This document shows, piece after piece, positions 20,363-30,982 of a stretch of DNA of 64,000 nucleotides. Each line of letters begins with the position of its first letter. Position 1 is the stretch's first letter. This DNA comes from Thermoproteota archaeon (lineage in GTDB: Archaea > Korarchaeota > Korarchaeia > Korarchaeales > JAOZGB01): assembly GCA_037917685.1 (NCBI GenBank), contig JAVCBU010000014.1:1-64000 (forward strand). Reading direction: 5' to 3'. The notes beneath the pieces are model-generated. The model was not told where the DNA came from. It ran no database searches and saw only the letters and a program-made list of their open reading frames with translations. A program made the translations under genes and the position numbers.

Positions 20363-22068
20363 AGCTTACCCTAATAACAGGGAGAACGATAGTGCAGGGT
20401 AGAAGTGTCGAAGATAAACTTACAGGGAGGTATAGGGAAGCGGTTTCAACAATAGTCCTTGACAAGAGGGACATGGAGAAGCTAGGGGTCAAAGAGGGAG
20501 ATAGGGTAAAAGTTTCAACAAGCAACGGGGAGGCTATACTCAAGGTTTCAGCCTCAAGGTTCAACCAGCAGGGGGTTGCATTTATACCTATGGGCCCCTA
20601 CGCCAACCTTCTACTCCCATATGAGACGGAAGGAAGCGGGATGCCATGTCTAAAAAACATTGAAGCAGAGATATCCAAGGCTACAGGAGAAGTACTCGGC
20701 GTACAAGAGATACTACAGGTCTACGGAGTAAGGGAGGCCATTACACCTGAAGACTACAAGCCTGTAGATGGGGACTCGTACACCGTTGAGGATGCTGTAT
20801 GCAGTTTCTGCGGATGTTTGTGCGATGATCTCATGGTGAAAGTAGAGAACGGTGTTATAACACAGGTTGAAAAGGCATGTAGCATCGGGCGTGCAAAGCT
20901 TGAAAACCATTGGAAGGGGAGGCTTCTCAAACCGTACATTAGACAGGACGGCATGATGAAGCCTGTAAGCCTTGAAGAGGCCTTGGAGAAGGCGGCTGAG
21001 ATCCTTGCAAGTTCAGATTACCCGCTGCTCTACGGCTGGAGTAATACAACCGTTCAGGCTATGAGGGTTGGCTACGAGCTTGCAGAACTCCTCGGAGGGG
21101 TGATAGATAATACAACCTCTGTATGCCATGGGCCAACCCTTCTCGGGGTTATGAATGTAGGTACCGTGAGAGCAACGCTCGGCCAACTCCGAAACCAGGC
21201 TGACCTTCTAGTTTACTGGGGATGCAACCCGTTAGAAGCCCACCAAAGACAATATGAGAGGTACGGGGCTACATCCAGGGGCTTCAAGATCAAGTCTAGA
21301 AGCGATAGGAAGGTTGTTGTGGTCGATGTTAGGGAAACTCTCACAGCTAGGACTGCCGACCTACACCTTAGGGTTCAGCCTGGAGGCGACTATAATCTGA
21401 TCACAGCGTTGAGAATGGCAATAAGGGATTACGAGATCGAAAGAGACCAGGTGGCAGGGGTTCCGGTTGAAAGGATATACGAGCTGACTGACATGATGAG
21501 ATCCTGCAGGTTTGGAGTGTTATACTTTGGTGTTGGTGCCACGATGACAACAGGAAAGGAGCTTTTAATCGAAGCTCTTGTAAGGCTTGTTCAAGACTTG
21601 AATGAGTGGACTAAGTTTGCTCTTCAACCGTTAAGGGGGCACTACAATGTTTCCGGGGCCTGTCAGACCAGCCTCTGGACCACAGGCTACGCTTTCGGCG
21701 TTGACTACATGAGAGGATATCCTAGGCATAACGCCTCTATCACCACTGCCGTGGAACTCCTGGCGAACAGGGATGTAGATGCCGCCCTCATAATCGCCTC
21801 GGATCCCGTTGCACACTTCCCAGCTGAAGCAGTGAGAGGCCTCCTAGAGATCCCAGTCATAGCTATAGATTCAAAGGCCAGCCTAACGGTTGCATCGTCA
21901 ACCGTGGCGATACCATCAGCCATGTCAGGGGTCGAGGTTGAAGGGACAGCCTACAGGATGGACGGGGTTGCACTACACCTTAAGAAGATAGTTAAGCCGC
22001 CCCCGCAAGTTCTTGGAGACGAGGAGATCCTGAAGAGAATACTTGAAAAGGTTAGGTCTGCGAGGTGA
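20359..22068 (+). CDS. fwdB: Formylmethanofuran dehydrogenase fused subunits D and B
   Basis: N-terminal ~110 aa FwdD (LITGRTIVQG...FIPMGPYAN...GMP..K), then FwdB (CSFCGCLCDD, VCHGP, WGCNP, RGHYNV, YRMDGV). Confidence 0.93.
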   Translation: MKLTLITGRTIVQGRSVEDKLTGRYREAVSTIVLDKRDMEKLGVKEGDRVKVSTSNGEAILKVSASRFNQQGVAFIPMGPYANLLLPYETEGSGMPCLKNIEAEISKATGEVLGVQEILQVYGVREAITPEDYKPVDGDSYTVEDAVCSFCGCLCDDLMVKVENGVITQVEKACSIGRAKLENHWKGRLLKPYIRQDGMMKPVSLEEALEKAAEILASSDYPLLYGWSNTTVQAMRVGYELAELLGGVIDNTTSVCHGPTLLGVMNVGTVRATLGQLRNQADLLVYWGCNPLEAHQRQYERYGATSRGFKIKSRSDRKVVVVDVRETLTARTADLHLRVQPGGDYNLITALRMAIRDYEIERDQVAGVPVERIYELTDMMRSCRFGVLYFGVGATMTTGKELLIEALVRLVQDLNEWTKFALQPLRGHYNVSGACQTSLWTTGYAFGVDYMRGYPRHNASITTAVELLANRDVDAALIIASDPVAHFPAEAVRGLLEIPVIAIDSKASLTVASSTVAIPSAMSGVEVEGTAYRMDGVALHLKKIVKPPPQVLGDEEILKRILEKVRSAR

Positions 22069-23750
22069 GAGTTATGGAGCTTCTGATTAAGAATGCCTAT
22101 CTTATAGACCCCCTACAGGGCATTAAGGGAGAAATAGTTGACATTCCAGTAAAGGATGGGAAGATAGTTGAAGATGTCAGTAGCTCAGCTGAAGTCATAG
22201 ATGTCGGCGGTAGGCTTGTCATGCCAGGCGGGATAGACATTCACAGCCACATAGCGGGCCCAAAGGTTAATGTTGGGAGGCTGATAAGGCCGGAAGACCA
22301 CTATGACAGTTTCATGTCTAGAAAGTCTGCTAGAAGGTCTGGCTCTGGGAAGACCACGCCGACAACGTATATTACAGGATACAGATACGCCAGGATGGGC
22401 TGGACGATGGTTGTAGAGCCTGCAACTCCGCCCCTGAAAACAAGACATACCCATGAGGAACTCGATGACGTGCCAATAATAGACAAAGCCTGCATACCCC
22501 TGGTAGACTCGAACTGGGTGCTTCTTCACTTCCTAAGCAAGGATGACTTGGATTCGGCGGCAATATTTGTAGCATGGCTCCTCAGGGCTACAAAGGGCTA
22601 CGGCTTGAAACTTGTCGATCCAGGCGTGGCTCTCAAGTGGATTGAAGGAACAGGGTTCGGCCTTGGCTTTGACGAACAGATACCAATATTCAACATTACT
22701 CCAAGAGAGATTGTAAGAGGCCTTGGGAAGGTGAACGAGATGCTGAGGCTTCCGCATCCTATTCACGTGCACTGCAACAAGCTAGGCATACCCGGAAACT
22801 ATGAGACAACCGTTGAAACCATAAGGGAGGCTGGAAAAAGCGTTGGTAGAATACACATAACGCATGCCCAGTTCAACTCGTACAAGGGGGAAAACTGGGC
22901 TGAACTCAAACCTGGAAGCGAGGAGGTAGCCAAAGCAGTGATGGAGACGAGGGGTGCAACCCTTGACATGGGACAACTAATATTTGGAACCTCAACAACC
23001 ATGACCGCAGATGCACCATTCGAATTTGCACTCTACCACCTCACCTCCATAAGGAAATGGGCAGGAGGCGAGGTTGAAGCTGAGTCAGCATCAGGGGTAG
23101 TGCCGTTCAAGTATAAGAAGAAAAACCTTGTCAACGCGGTCCAATGGTGTATAGGCCTAGAGCTAGCCTTACTTGTCAGTGACCCATGGAAGGTATTCCT
23201 TACTACGGATCATCCCAATGGCGGGCCGTTCACAAGATACCCAAGGATAATGCTGTGGCTGATGCGTAGAAAAGCGAGAGAGGAAATCTTGAACAAGATA
23301 AGCAGGGCAGCTAGGAGAAGAGCTATACTTCCAAGCCTTGAAAGGGAGTACACCCTTTATGAAATCGCCGTTATGACCAGGGCATCGCCAGCCAGAATTC
23401 TAGGCCTCGACAATGTTAAGGGAACCCTAAAGCCGGGGGCTGACGCAGACATCTCTGTCTACGACGTTAAACCAGACTCCATCGATGAAATCGGAGACGA
23501 AGAATTTGTTAAAACCTTTAGATACGCGTATCTAACAGTGAAATCAGGAAGAATAGTAGTGAAGAACGGAGAAATAGTGGAAACCATGTACGGCTCGACA
23601 TACTATGTGAAACATCCCAAGGCCGAAGAGTTCAAATCGATAGATAGAGAAGTTAGAGATCTTTTCCAGAAATGGTACACTGTGAACTTCAACCAGTACA
23701 CCGTACATGAGAGTGAGATAAAAAGCCTAAAACCTGTGGAGGTGACGTAA
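22065..23750 (+). CDS. fwdA: Formylmethanofuran dehydrogenase subunit A
   Basis: DIHSHIAG, YARMG, HTHEE, HVHCN.LG, TTDHPNGGPF. Confidence 0.96.
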   Translation: MRVMELLIKNAYLIDPLQGIKGEIVDIPVKDGKIVEDVSSSAEVIDVGGRLVMPGGIDIHSHIAGPKVNVGRLIRPEDHYDSFMSRKSARRSGSGKTTPTTYITGYRYARMGWTMVVEPATPPLKTRHTHEELDDVPIIDKACIPLVDSNWVLLHFLSKDDLDSAAIFVAWLLRATKGYGLKLVDPGVALKWIEGTGFGLGFDEQIPIFNITPREIVRGLGKVNEMLRLPHPIHVHCNKLGIPGNYETTVETIREAGKSVGRIHITHAQFNSYKGENWAELKPGSEEVAKAVMETRGATLDMGQLIFGTSTTMTADAPFEFALYHLTSIRKWAGGEVEAESASGVVPFKYKKKNLVNAVQWCIGLELALLVSDPWKVFLTTDHPNGGPFTRYPRIMLWLMRRKAREEILNKISRAARRRAILPSLEREYTLYEIAVMTRASPARILGLDNVKGTLKPGADADISVYDVKPDSIDEIGDEEFVKTFRYAYLTVKSGRIVVKNGEIVETMYGSTYYVKHPKAEEFKSIDREVRDLFQKWYTVNFNQYTVHESEIKSLKPVEVT

Positions 23751-23751
23751 A

Positions 23752-24588
23752 ATGGTTATAACCATCAAGCCACGTAAACCCCTGAAAGTCCTGGTTGAAG
23801 CTGAAAACCTGAGCCCAGACAGGATTGCAGGCCTCTCCCACAGGGAAATAGAGAATATAACAGTTAACTACGGCTCACGGAAGGTGAAGCTGAACGATCT
23901 ATTCGAAATAGAAGGTGAACCCCCATCAGACCCGGCCGGGGCTACATTAAAGGTGGTAGACGGCTATGGAAAAATATGTAGACTCGGAGAAAAGATGAAA
24001 GCTGGTAAGATAATAGTCGAAGGGAGCACAGGACACTACCTGGGAAGATGGATGGAGGGAGGGGAGATAGAAGTCCACGGAAGTGTAAGAAGCTATGCCG
24101 GCTGTGAGATGAAAAATGGAAAAATAGAGATTTACGGAAACGCCGGGGCATATCTTGGAGGAAGACTTAGAGGCAAGATAACAAAGCCCGGGATGAAGAA
24201 AGGCCTAATAATAGTTCACGGGTCAGCCGGGGCAAGAGCCGGCTATGGAATGGCGGGAGGTGCGATTATCATAGAAGGAAGCGCAGGGATTGCCCCAGGA
24301 GCCTACATGACAGGTGGGAAAATCATGGTTAAGGGAGACTGTCCAGGCCTCCCAGGAGCAGGGATGACAGGCGGAACAATCATAATATGCGGCTCTGTTG
24401 GAAGCATACCACCATCCTTCTACCCGGACAGCACATCCGGAAAGGCGAAAGCCAAGGGAGTAATCGTGGAAGCCCCCTTCCTAATATACGTCGGGGACGC
24501 CGTCGAAAATCCCAAATGCATGGGGAGACTATACATAAACCTGGACAAAAACCCGTGGGCTAGAAAACACGAGGAATTAATCAAATAG
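23752..24588 (+). CDS. fwdC: Formylmethanofuran dehydrogenase subunit C
   Basis: Repeated G..M..G.I.V.G beta-helix motifs; downstream of fwdA. Confidence 0.95.
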   Translation: MVITIKPRKPLKVLVEAENLSPDRIAGLSHREIENITVNYGSRKVKLNDLFEIEGEPPSDPAGATLKVVDGYGKICRLGEKMKAGKIIVEGSTGHYLGRWMEGGEIEVHGSVRSYAGCEMKNGKIEIYGNAGAYLGGRLRGKITKPGMKKGLIIVHGSAGARAGYGMAGGAIIIEGSAGIAPGAYMTGGKIMVKGDCPGLPGAGMTGGTIIICGSVGSIPPSFYPDSTSGKAKAKGVIVEAPFLIYVGDAVENPKCMGRLYINLDKNPWARKHEELIK

Positions 24589-24763
24589 GAGCATGCCATT
24601 CCCCATATTTTGTTTTATCCGCATTAGGCTCTCCTCGATACATGTGAATACACAGGCCGAAACAGGCGTTTAGGGGAGAGGCGGGTGACCTGTTGCTTGG
24701 GGTTAACCCGTCTTTATAGCTGCTATCGAACAATTTCTATGTTTTATATTTTTTCCCAAATAC

Positions 24764-25741
24764 ATGAACACCCAGGGTAGGAACATGGTGAGTGTTAATA
24801 GGCTTGCCTACAAGCTTGCCCGTAGGCTTGTGGAGGAGAGCGGATACTTCCGAGTTAAGGTTGAGACTGTTGATGGCGGTGCGACGGTTATAGATACTGG
24901 TATAGAGGCTGTGGGTGGATACGAGGCTGGCCTGATGATCACAAAGATAGCTATGGGAGGCCTTTGCGACGTGTTTATCTCCATGTTAGACTATGGCGGG
25001 ATAGTGCTCCCGACAATAAATGTTTACACAGACCATCCAGCCGTCTCACTGTTAGGCTGCCAGCTTGCAGGGTGGAATGTTAAAACAGAGGACTTTAGAG
25101 CAATGGCCTCAGGCCCTGGCAGGGCTCTAGCCCTAAAACCGAAGAAGGTTTATGAGAAGATAGGCTACAGGGATGACGCCGACGTTGCCGTCTTACTCCT
25201 AGAGACCGAGAAATACCCTACAAGGAGCGCTGTGGAGCTTATCTCAGAGAAATGCGGGGTTAAGCCTGAAAACCTCTACCTAGTCCTAACTACTACAAGA
25301 TCCATCGCAGGATCAACCCAGGTCTCAGGGAGGATTGTTGAGACAGGCCTATATAGGCTTGACTATCTCGGATTCGACCCTAAGCTTGTGGTCTCAGGGG
25401 TTGGCTACGCTCCAATAATGCCTATCCACCCTGATGAGGGAGTAACCCTTGGTAGGGAGGAAGACGCACTGATATACGGGGGTTCAACAAGCTTTATAGT
25501 AGACTACGAGGATGACCATGCCCTAAAGGATCTCATAGCCAGGGCTCCAGCAACAACCTCAAACTTCTATGGTAAGCCCTCATACCAGGTTCTCAAATCC
25601 GTGGAGTTCGACTGGAGTAAGCTTGACCCAGCCTTCTTCGCGCCCGGAATGCTGAGGCTGGAAAACCTGAAGACGGGCGTAGTACATCAGGCTGGAAGGA
25701 TAAACATAGACGTGTTAAAAGAGTCTCTGGGGATAGCGTGA
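24764..25741 (+). CDS. mch: Methenyl-H4MPT cyclohydrolase (start probably 24785)
   Basis: SVN, LGCQLAGW, SGPGRAL, SIAGSTQVSGRIVETG, DPAFFAP. Confidence 0.95.
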   Translation: MNTQGRNMVSVNRLAYKLARRLVEESGYFRVKVETVDGGATVIDTGIEAVGGYEAGLMITKIAMGGLCDVFISMLDYGGIVLPTINVYTDHPAVSLLGCQLAGWNVKTEDFRAMASGPGRALALKPKKVYEKIGYRDDADVAVLLLETEKYPTRSAVELISEKCGVKPENLYLVLTTTRSIAGSTQVSGRIVETGLYRLDYLGFDPKLVVSGVGYAPIMPIHPDEGVTLGREEDALIYGGSTSFIVDYEDDHALKDLIARAPATTSNFYGKPSYQVLKSVEFDWSKLDPAFFAPGMLRLENLKTGVVHQAGRINIDVLKESLGIA

Positions 25742-26805
25742 GAAGCTTTAGGGATCGGGACTTCATAGCTGACAATGACGGCCTAATATTCTGCGTCGTC
25801 GGAAACATGCATCCCCCGGGGAAAGTTATCTGCTACCTAAAATACGTTCCAGAATATAGAAGAGGATACCGAAGCAAATGGAGTAGAAACGGCCAGTACT
25901 ATGGCAGAATACTACCCTACTACAGCGCGGTAGGAGTCTCAAAAACCTATGAGTATCTCGAAAAGCACAAGCCAGACTACCTCGTCTGGGATGAAAGCCT
26001 AAACATAAAGTTCCCAATGGTACCCATAGAGTCAATAAGCATCCACTACAAGCCAGAGGAAAGGCTTAACCAAATCCTAAGGGAATGCCAGGATAGCCTT
26101 GAACACCAGGTTAGAGAGCTCTACACAATCCTCGCAGACAAGTCTGGGATAGACTCCTTCGGAGTGACGGGATCCATACTCCTAGGAATACATAACCCTA
26201 AGATCTCAGACATTGACCTAACAGTCTACGGCATAGAAAACTCCTGGAAGGTAAGGCATACCATGGTGGAAATACTTGAGAAACAGTCTTACGGCATAGA
26301 AAAGCCAAAGAGCCTAGTGGAGAAATGGGCCAAGCATATAGTACAAATACACAAAATACAGTATCAAGCTGCCCTAAAACTCTACATGGAGAAATGGAAC
26401 AGGGCACTGTACAAGGGAAGACAATTCTCAGTACACCCAGTAAAAACCGAGGAGGAGGTAAAAGAGAGGTATGGAAGCCTAAGATACCAGCCTCTTGGGA
26501 TGGCGAAGATAAAGTGTACGGTGGAGGATGCGCGGGAAAGCCTCTTCATACCAGCAGTCTACAAGGTTAAAGATGTCAAGCTGCTCGAAGGGCCAAGCCA
26601 AACCACACAGATAGAGAAGATAGTCACATATGAAGGCCTATACTCGGACGTAGCCGTTGAAGGAGACAAGATAGTAGCATATGGTAAGCTTGAGAAGATA
26701 TTAAACATTGAAAGCGGGGCCTCAGGCTATAGACTGCTGGTGGGATCTCAGGAGGCTGAAAGCAAGGACTACATACTTAAAGAGGAATGGCTGAAAACGA
26801 GATAG
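25738..26805 (+). CDS. Predicted archaeal nucleotidyltransferase-domain protein
   Basis: GVTGSILLG...SDIDLTVYG Pol-beta motif; GTGA overlap with mch. Confidence 0.75.
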   Translation: MRSFRDRDFIADNDGLIFCVVGNMHPPGKVICYLKYVPEYRRGYRSKWSRNGQYYGRILPYYSAVGVSKTYEYLEKHKPDYLVWDESLNIKFPMVPIESISIHYKPEERLNQILRECQDSLEHQVRELYTILADKSGIDSFGVTGSILLGIHNPKISDIDLTVYGIENSWKVRHTMVEILEKQSYGIEKPKSLVEKWAKHIVQIHKIQYQAALKLYMEKWNRALYKGRQFSVHPVKTEEEVKERYGSLRYQPLGMAKIKCTVEDARESLFIPAVYKVKDVKLLEGPSQTTQIEKIVTYEGLYSDVAVEGDKIVAYGKLEKILNIESGASGYRLLVGSQEAESKDYILKEEWLKTR

Positions 26806-27244
26806 ACTAAGGAGCGGCCGAGACCTTCCGCAGACGACGATCATACCCAGCTCTATCCGTTCACCGGGGACCCCTCTGATGAGTTTCAGCTTCTCCCATA
26901 TTCCATGGTCGTCTCTTATAATTACAGAGTCCTTTAGGGCCTCCCTCCATGAGGGCTTTTCCAGCATCTTCTCAAACTCCTCCGGGGTCCAGCATATCGG
27001 GATGAGGTTGCTGAAGGGGGCCGCCCATATTCAGGCATCTCTCGATGAACCTTACTCCCCTGAACCTTTCGGAGATTATGATTACGTCGATGTCACTCCA
27101 TAGGTTAAAGTCGCCTCTCACAAATGAGCCGAAGAGGATTAGTGAGATTCTACCGGATTTTTCGCCGAGTTCCCTGGAATACTCTCGGAGCTTCTTTATC
27201 ACTCTCATCCTCAGCCTAGTCCTCTCCTTAACTATCTTCTCCAT
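26722..27244 (-). pseudogene. MNT (minimal nucleotidyltransferase) antitoxin, frameshifted
   Basis: LFGSFVRGDFNLWSDIDV..., with the typical C-terminal ICWTPEEFEKML in another frame. Confidence 0.75.
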
Positions 27245-27420
27245 CGATCCCACACGCACTTTTCCACCCATTCCAGCACCCTCCTAGCGCACTCCCCAGC
27301 CCTTATCGCATCCCTCCTGGTGAACCTTTCAGCCGGGTAGCCCTCCGTGAAGGCATCCGTATACCTCAGCAGATGTAGAGCTTATCCAGGTATGAAACAC
27401 AGTCCTCCATCTCCTCGCTG
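27232..27420 (-). pseudogene. HEPN toxin C-terminal remnant
   Basis: Minus strand reads LDKLYI / LRYTDAFTEGYPAERFTRRDA...VLEWVEK across a frameshift and overlaps the MNT start; N-terminus missing. Confidence 0.7.
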
Positions 27421-27570
27421 CCATTACAAACCTCTATGACGAAGGCGGGATCGGCTGAGGGGAAATGATGCTAAGCATAGAGTACACGGCTGGTGTGGAA
27501 AGGTGTCCACTGCTGCCCACATCAACCTCTAGGATAGTGACGACACCGATACGTTAGACAGTTAAAATTT

Positions 27571-28302
27571 TTGATGAAAGTATATATATTGGTTTGGTAT
27601 TCAAAGAAATTGATGAATTGGAAGAAGATTCTCATGTTTATAACACTCGTCGCCGTAATCTCTCAGTCCACCATCCTCCACGGATTTGAGGGTAAAATAA
27701 AGCTTAGAATAGCCATAGTGTATGGAAACGCGGACTCGGAAGCTGCATCACTTCTCTATGAGGGTCTATCAAACCTAAACCTTGGCAATTTTACATTGAT
27801 CCCTGAGGAAATCCTCCCGGTCAGTATTAGGCCTCTACGCTTCGACATAATCTACGTTGTCGGGGGGCCTCTTGCTAGAGGCTGGCCAGGGATGATTTCA
27901 CGGAATATTCTACCCAAGGAAGCCATTGAAAACCTCACCATACCCGGCTACTACGGCTACTGGACTATACCTCTGCTCGATCAGGTTCAGATCTACGTTA
28001 TAATAGCCGGCCATACTAGGAATGAAACCATCAAGGCTGTGGAGAATTACCTTATTGAAGGCCTAGACGAAACAGTCTTGATGGTTGGAGTCACCTGCAC
28101 AATACCTGTGACCCCTGAAATGATGGGTGAACTAGAGGCACTCGGCCTGAACCCCCTCCTGTTAAGCATGAATAAAACGGTTATAGGAACAGCAAGCCTG
28201 TCAGCAATGGTCAGGATAGCCGAGCTCCCATACGTAGCCTCTATCAAGCCGATGACGACGGTCGGAATAGTACTTGTGGAAGTATCCCAGCCATTCCCCT
28301 GA
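27571..28302 (+). CDS. Secreted hypothetical protein with S-layer C-terminal-like domain
   Basis: Signal peptide; VVGGPLA...IIAGHTRNET..A. Confidence 0.6.
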   Translation: MMKVYILVWYSKKLMNWKKILMFITLVAVISQSTILHGFEGKIKLRIAIVYGNADSEAASLLYEGLSNLNLGNFTLIPEEILPVSIRPLRFDIIYVVGGPLARGWPGMISRNILPKEAIENLTIPGYYGYWTIPLLDQVQIYVIIAGHTRNETIKAVENYLIEGLDETVLMVGVTCTIPVTPEMMGELEALGLNPLLLSMNKTVIGTASLSAMVRIAELPYVASIKPMTTVGIVLVEVSQPFP

Positions 28303-29037
28303 AACCCATCAGATGCCACGGCAAGAACACGGCTACACCCCACCCAAAGTAACGCGGGCATAAAGAGCAGATCCTGTAAGACCCGCTTACAGCTGAATTA
28401 GCCAAGTCCAAACTATCTATAGAGCTAGTAGCACTCGCTTCCCAACCTCTCGGTCAACCTCTCGGTCTTCACTCAACGTTATCACCAATGATTGAAGAAG
28501 GATTTAAAGATTCTCATCCATATAACTCCTTCCCCCTTACACTCTCTCCCTATCTCATCCTCGAATTTCTTGCATACTGGGCATTCTCCGCTTTTCTAAA
28601 GCAGAGTAAAACAAGCCTTTAGAAAGCAGAAGTGAGTTCGTTAGATTCTCGAATCCATGGTTACGAACTATTTTAATCCTTGTCTCACCCAATTCTACAT
28701 CTATACGATTGGACGAGGTCTAATTTAAGTTTAACATTAGATTTACAAGCGCAAATAGTAGACCATTGGACTCTACTCTAATTTCAGCCCAGCTGGATCA
28801 TTTACAAATTGTAGGGATTAAGGTGCTTCAAATTTCATCATCCAGGCATGCTTCAAGAGGTTTCACGCGCCGTGAATCGTGCTTTTGAGTCCATTTACAC
28901 GTGTATGGTGTTTCTGAGGTTGAGTTTTCCTTTATGGGAGATGTCAAAGGGGTGGGCCTCGTTGGAGTATTCGAGTACCAAATAAGCATAGGCAGCATGA
29001 TATATTGTAGTTAATATTTTAATATTTTGATGATCGT

Positions 29038-29325
29038 ATGTTTCAGATGGCTAGGGATAGGGTTACAAGTGTAAGGATTCGCGATGGCCTACTTAAAGAA
29101 GCTAGAGTTCTAGCTATCCTGGAAGGCTCCACTTTTAGAGCCCTGGTTGAAGAGTTGCTTGAAATGGCTGTTGGCGGGGCTAAGCTTGCCGGCTCAGTGG
29201 AGGCTGTACCGGATGAGGAGGTTGTTGAGGAGTTGTTAAAGATGAGTAGAGGGGGGGCTAATCCCCTGGTTATTGTGCATGAGAAGACGGCTGTGGAGAT
29301 CGTGAGAGAGGGAAGAGGTGATTAG
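29038..29325 (+). CDS. VapB-like antitoxin (RHH-type N-terminus)
   Basis: VTSVRIRDGL...; C-terminal AVEIVREGR; directly upstream of a PIN gene. Confidence 0.75.
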   Translation: MFQMARDRVTSVRIRDGLLKEARVLAILEGSTFRALVEELLEMAVGGAKLAGSVEAVPDEEVVEELLKMSRGGANPLVIVHEKTAVEIVREGRGD

Positions 29326-29829
29326 TTGCCTTTTCTGGTTGACACGAACATTGTGGTAGCATACTACAAGCCTGGAGATCCTCTTCATGAGCCTGTGGTC
29401 AGCATGCTAAAAAGTGGAAGGGGATTATTCCAAATCTCACCGGTTGGCTTATTCGAGCTTTACTCGGTTATCTCCAGGATTAGGGGCTCTATAATTCTAC
29501 CAGAGAAATTTAGGGAAACACCTGTAGATGTACTTATTCGTTTCATCATTAGAGATCTTGATTTAAGACCTATTGCCGCCACCTACCTTGTAAAACTCAG
29601 GGAGTTCAAGGTTAGAATTCCACTCGAATATTATCTGTGCATCATCCTATCTAAACGTTTACGTCTTAGAGCCCTAGACATGCTTCACATAGCTTACGCA
29701 AGCATCCTTAGAGATAAGGTTGAAGCCTTTGTCACAGGCGACCATGAGCTCCTCGAGAAAAGAAACCTAATCCTAAGGGAAGCTAAAGTAAGAGTAAAGG
29801 AGCCAGGAGAATTGTTAGAAAGTCTGTAA
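29326..29829 (+). CDS. vapC: PIN-domain VapC toxin
   Basis: VDTNI, E, LRALDMLHIA, FVTGD. Confidence 0.88.
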   Translation: MPFLVDTNIVVAYYKPGDPLHEPVVSMLKSGRGLFQISPVGLFELYSVISRIRGSIILPEKFRETPVDVLIRFIIRDLDLRPIAATYLVKLREFKVRIPLEYYLCIILSKRLRLRALDMLHIAYASILRDKVEAFVTGDHELLEKRNLILREAKVRVKEPGELLESL

Positions 29830-29913
29830 CGCCACAATTCCAGCAGTCCCTGCAACTCACGGTTGAAAAACCATTTAATACTCTCCCAAACATAGTGCAC
29901 TCTACAATCATCC

Positions 29914-30627
29914 ATGCTTTCAAGAGCTGCCGGTGTTCCAAGAACGAAGATTTACGATGTTTTAAGGTCGCTCAGATCTAAGGGGTGGGTAAAAATATAC
30001 TCAGGCTTTCCACTGCTTTTCAAAGCTGTTCCCCCCTCTGAAGTCTTTAACATGGTTAGGATGGAGTTTGAGAGTCTTATCGAGGCTGTCCAGACGGCGC
30101 TTAACATGGAAGGTGACGTTAAGATGGAAAGATTCCTTATAAAGAAGGCGGATATTGGCCTTAGAATCTTGAAAGAGGAGATATCCAAAGCTAAAACCGT
30201 GTGGATTAGTAATGCCACTGCTGAATTCGTAAAGGATGTACGTGATTCCTTTGCTGAGGGTTCAGAGGTGAGGATCCTACTTTTCCCCGGCAAGGAAAGA
30301 GATGGAAAGGTGAACGCCGAATTTAGAAGGGCTGATGGAAGGATAGTATGTATGGTCCGGGGCGTAGAGGTTCAATCAATATCTCTTATAATTGATGAAG
30401 AGAGGATATTCACGGTTTACAAGGACCCAGTAGAAAACAGGTACGTAGTGGAGGAGATGCTGTATGAGGAATGCAGTAAATGCTTCATAGAGTGGTTCTA
30501 CATGGGCTGGGAGTCTGCAGAGAGGTGCCAGTTACTCTACAAACCTTTCCAGCACCACAGCTACCGCTACAACTCCTTGTATTTTCGTTCCATACACATT
30601 CCCCGCCTCCGGCCCCACCTCCACTAG
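29914..30627 (+). pseudogene. TrmB-family regulator, 5'-truncated, 3' end running into foreign DNA
   Basis: Starts mid-HTH (LSRAAGVPRTKIYDVL..L..KGWV); after GWESAE it reads antisense through another gene fragment. Confidence 0.7.
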
Positions 30628-30805
30628 GCTGACTAGTTGTTGTAGCGCCACCTCCTCCACCGTTAAAAACCGGAGGTGCAATAATAGCATAGTAAGGCTC
30701 ATAGGGTATGTTAAAAGAGTTCAAGTTAACTTGAACTATTACGTAGTCTCCGGGATGGAACGGACTCTTACAATCGTAACTCAATTTACCGTTTTCAAAC
30801 AACAA
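30525..30805 (-). pseudogene. Fragment of a Gly/Cys-rich extracellular protein
   Basis: GGGGGATTTSQPSGGGAGGG linker then CVW...CSGSC...C; no convincing start; truncated at the TrmB junction. Confidence 0.45.
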
Positions 30806-30982
30806 ACCAAGTAAGGTTTTCTTTCAACGAGCATCCTACTTTCACATTCTTCCAAGAGATTAGAAACACCCCTCCTTAAAAACTTATAGTAATAAAACAG
30901 TAAAGTGAAACAAAAAACAAGAAGAATCGGGATAAACAGTTTCTTACTCATACATTACTTTTTTTGTTTTTTTAATATAAAT

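Noticed and set aside
24628-24680. Hammerhead ribozyme or SECIS element (GGCCGAAAC)
   Set aside because: No CUGANGA core, and FwdB encodes Cys rather than Sec.
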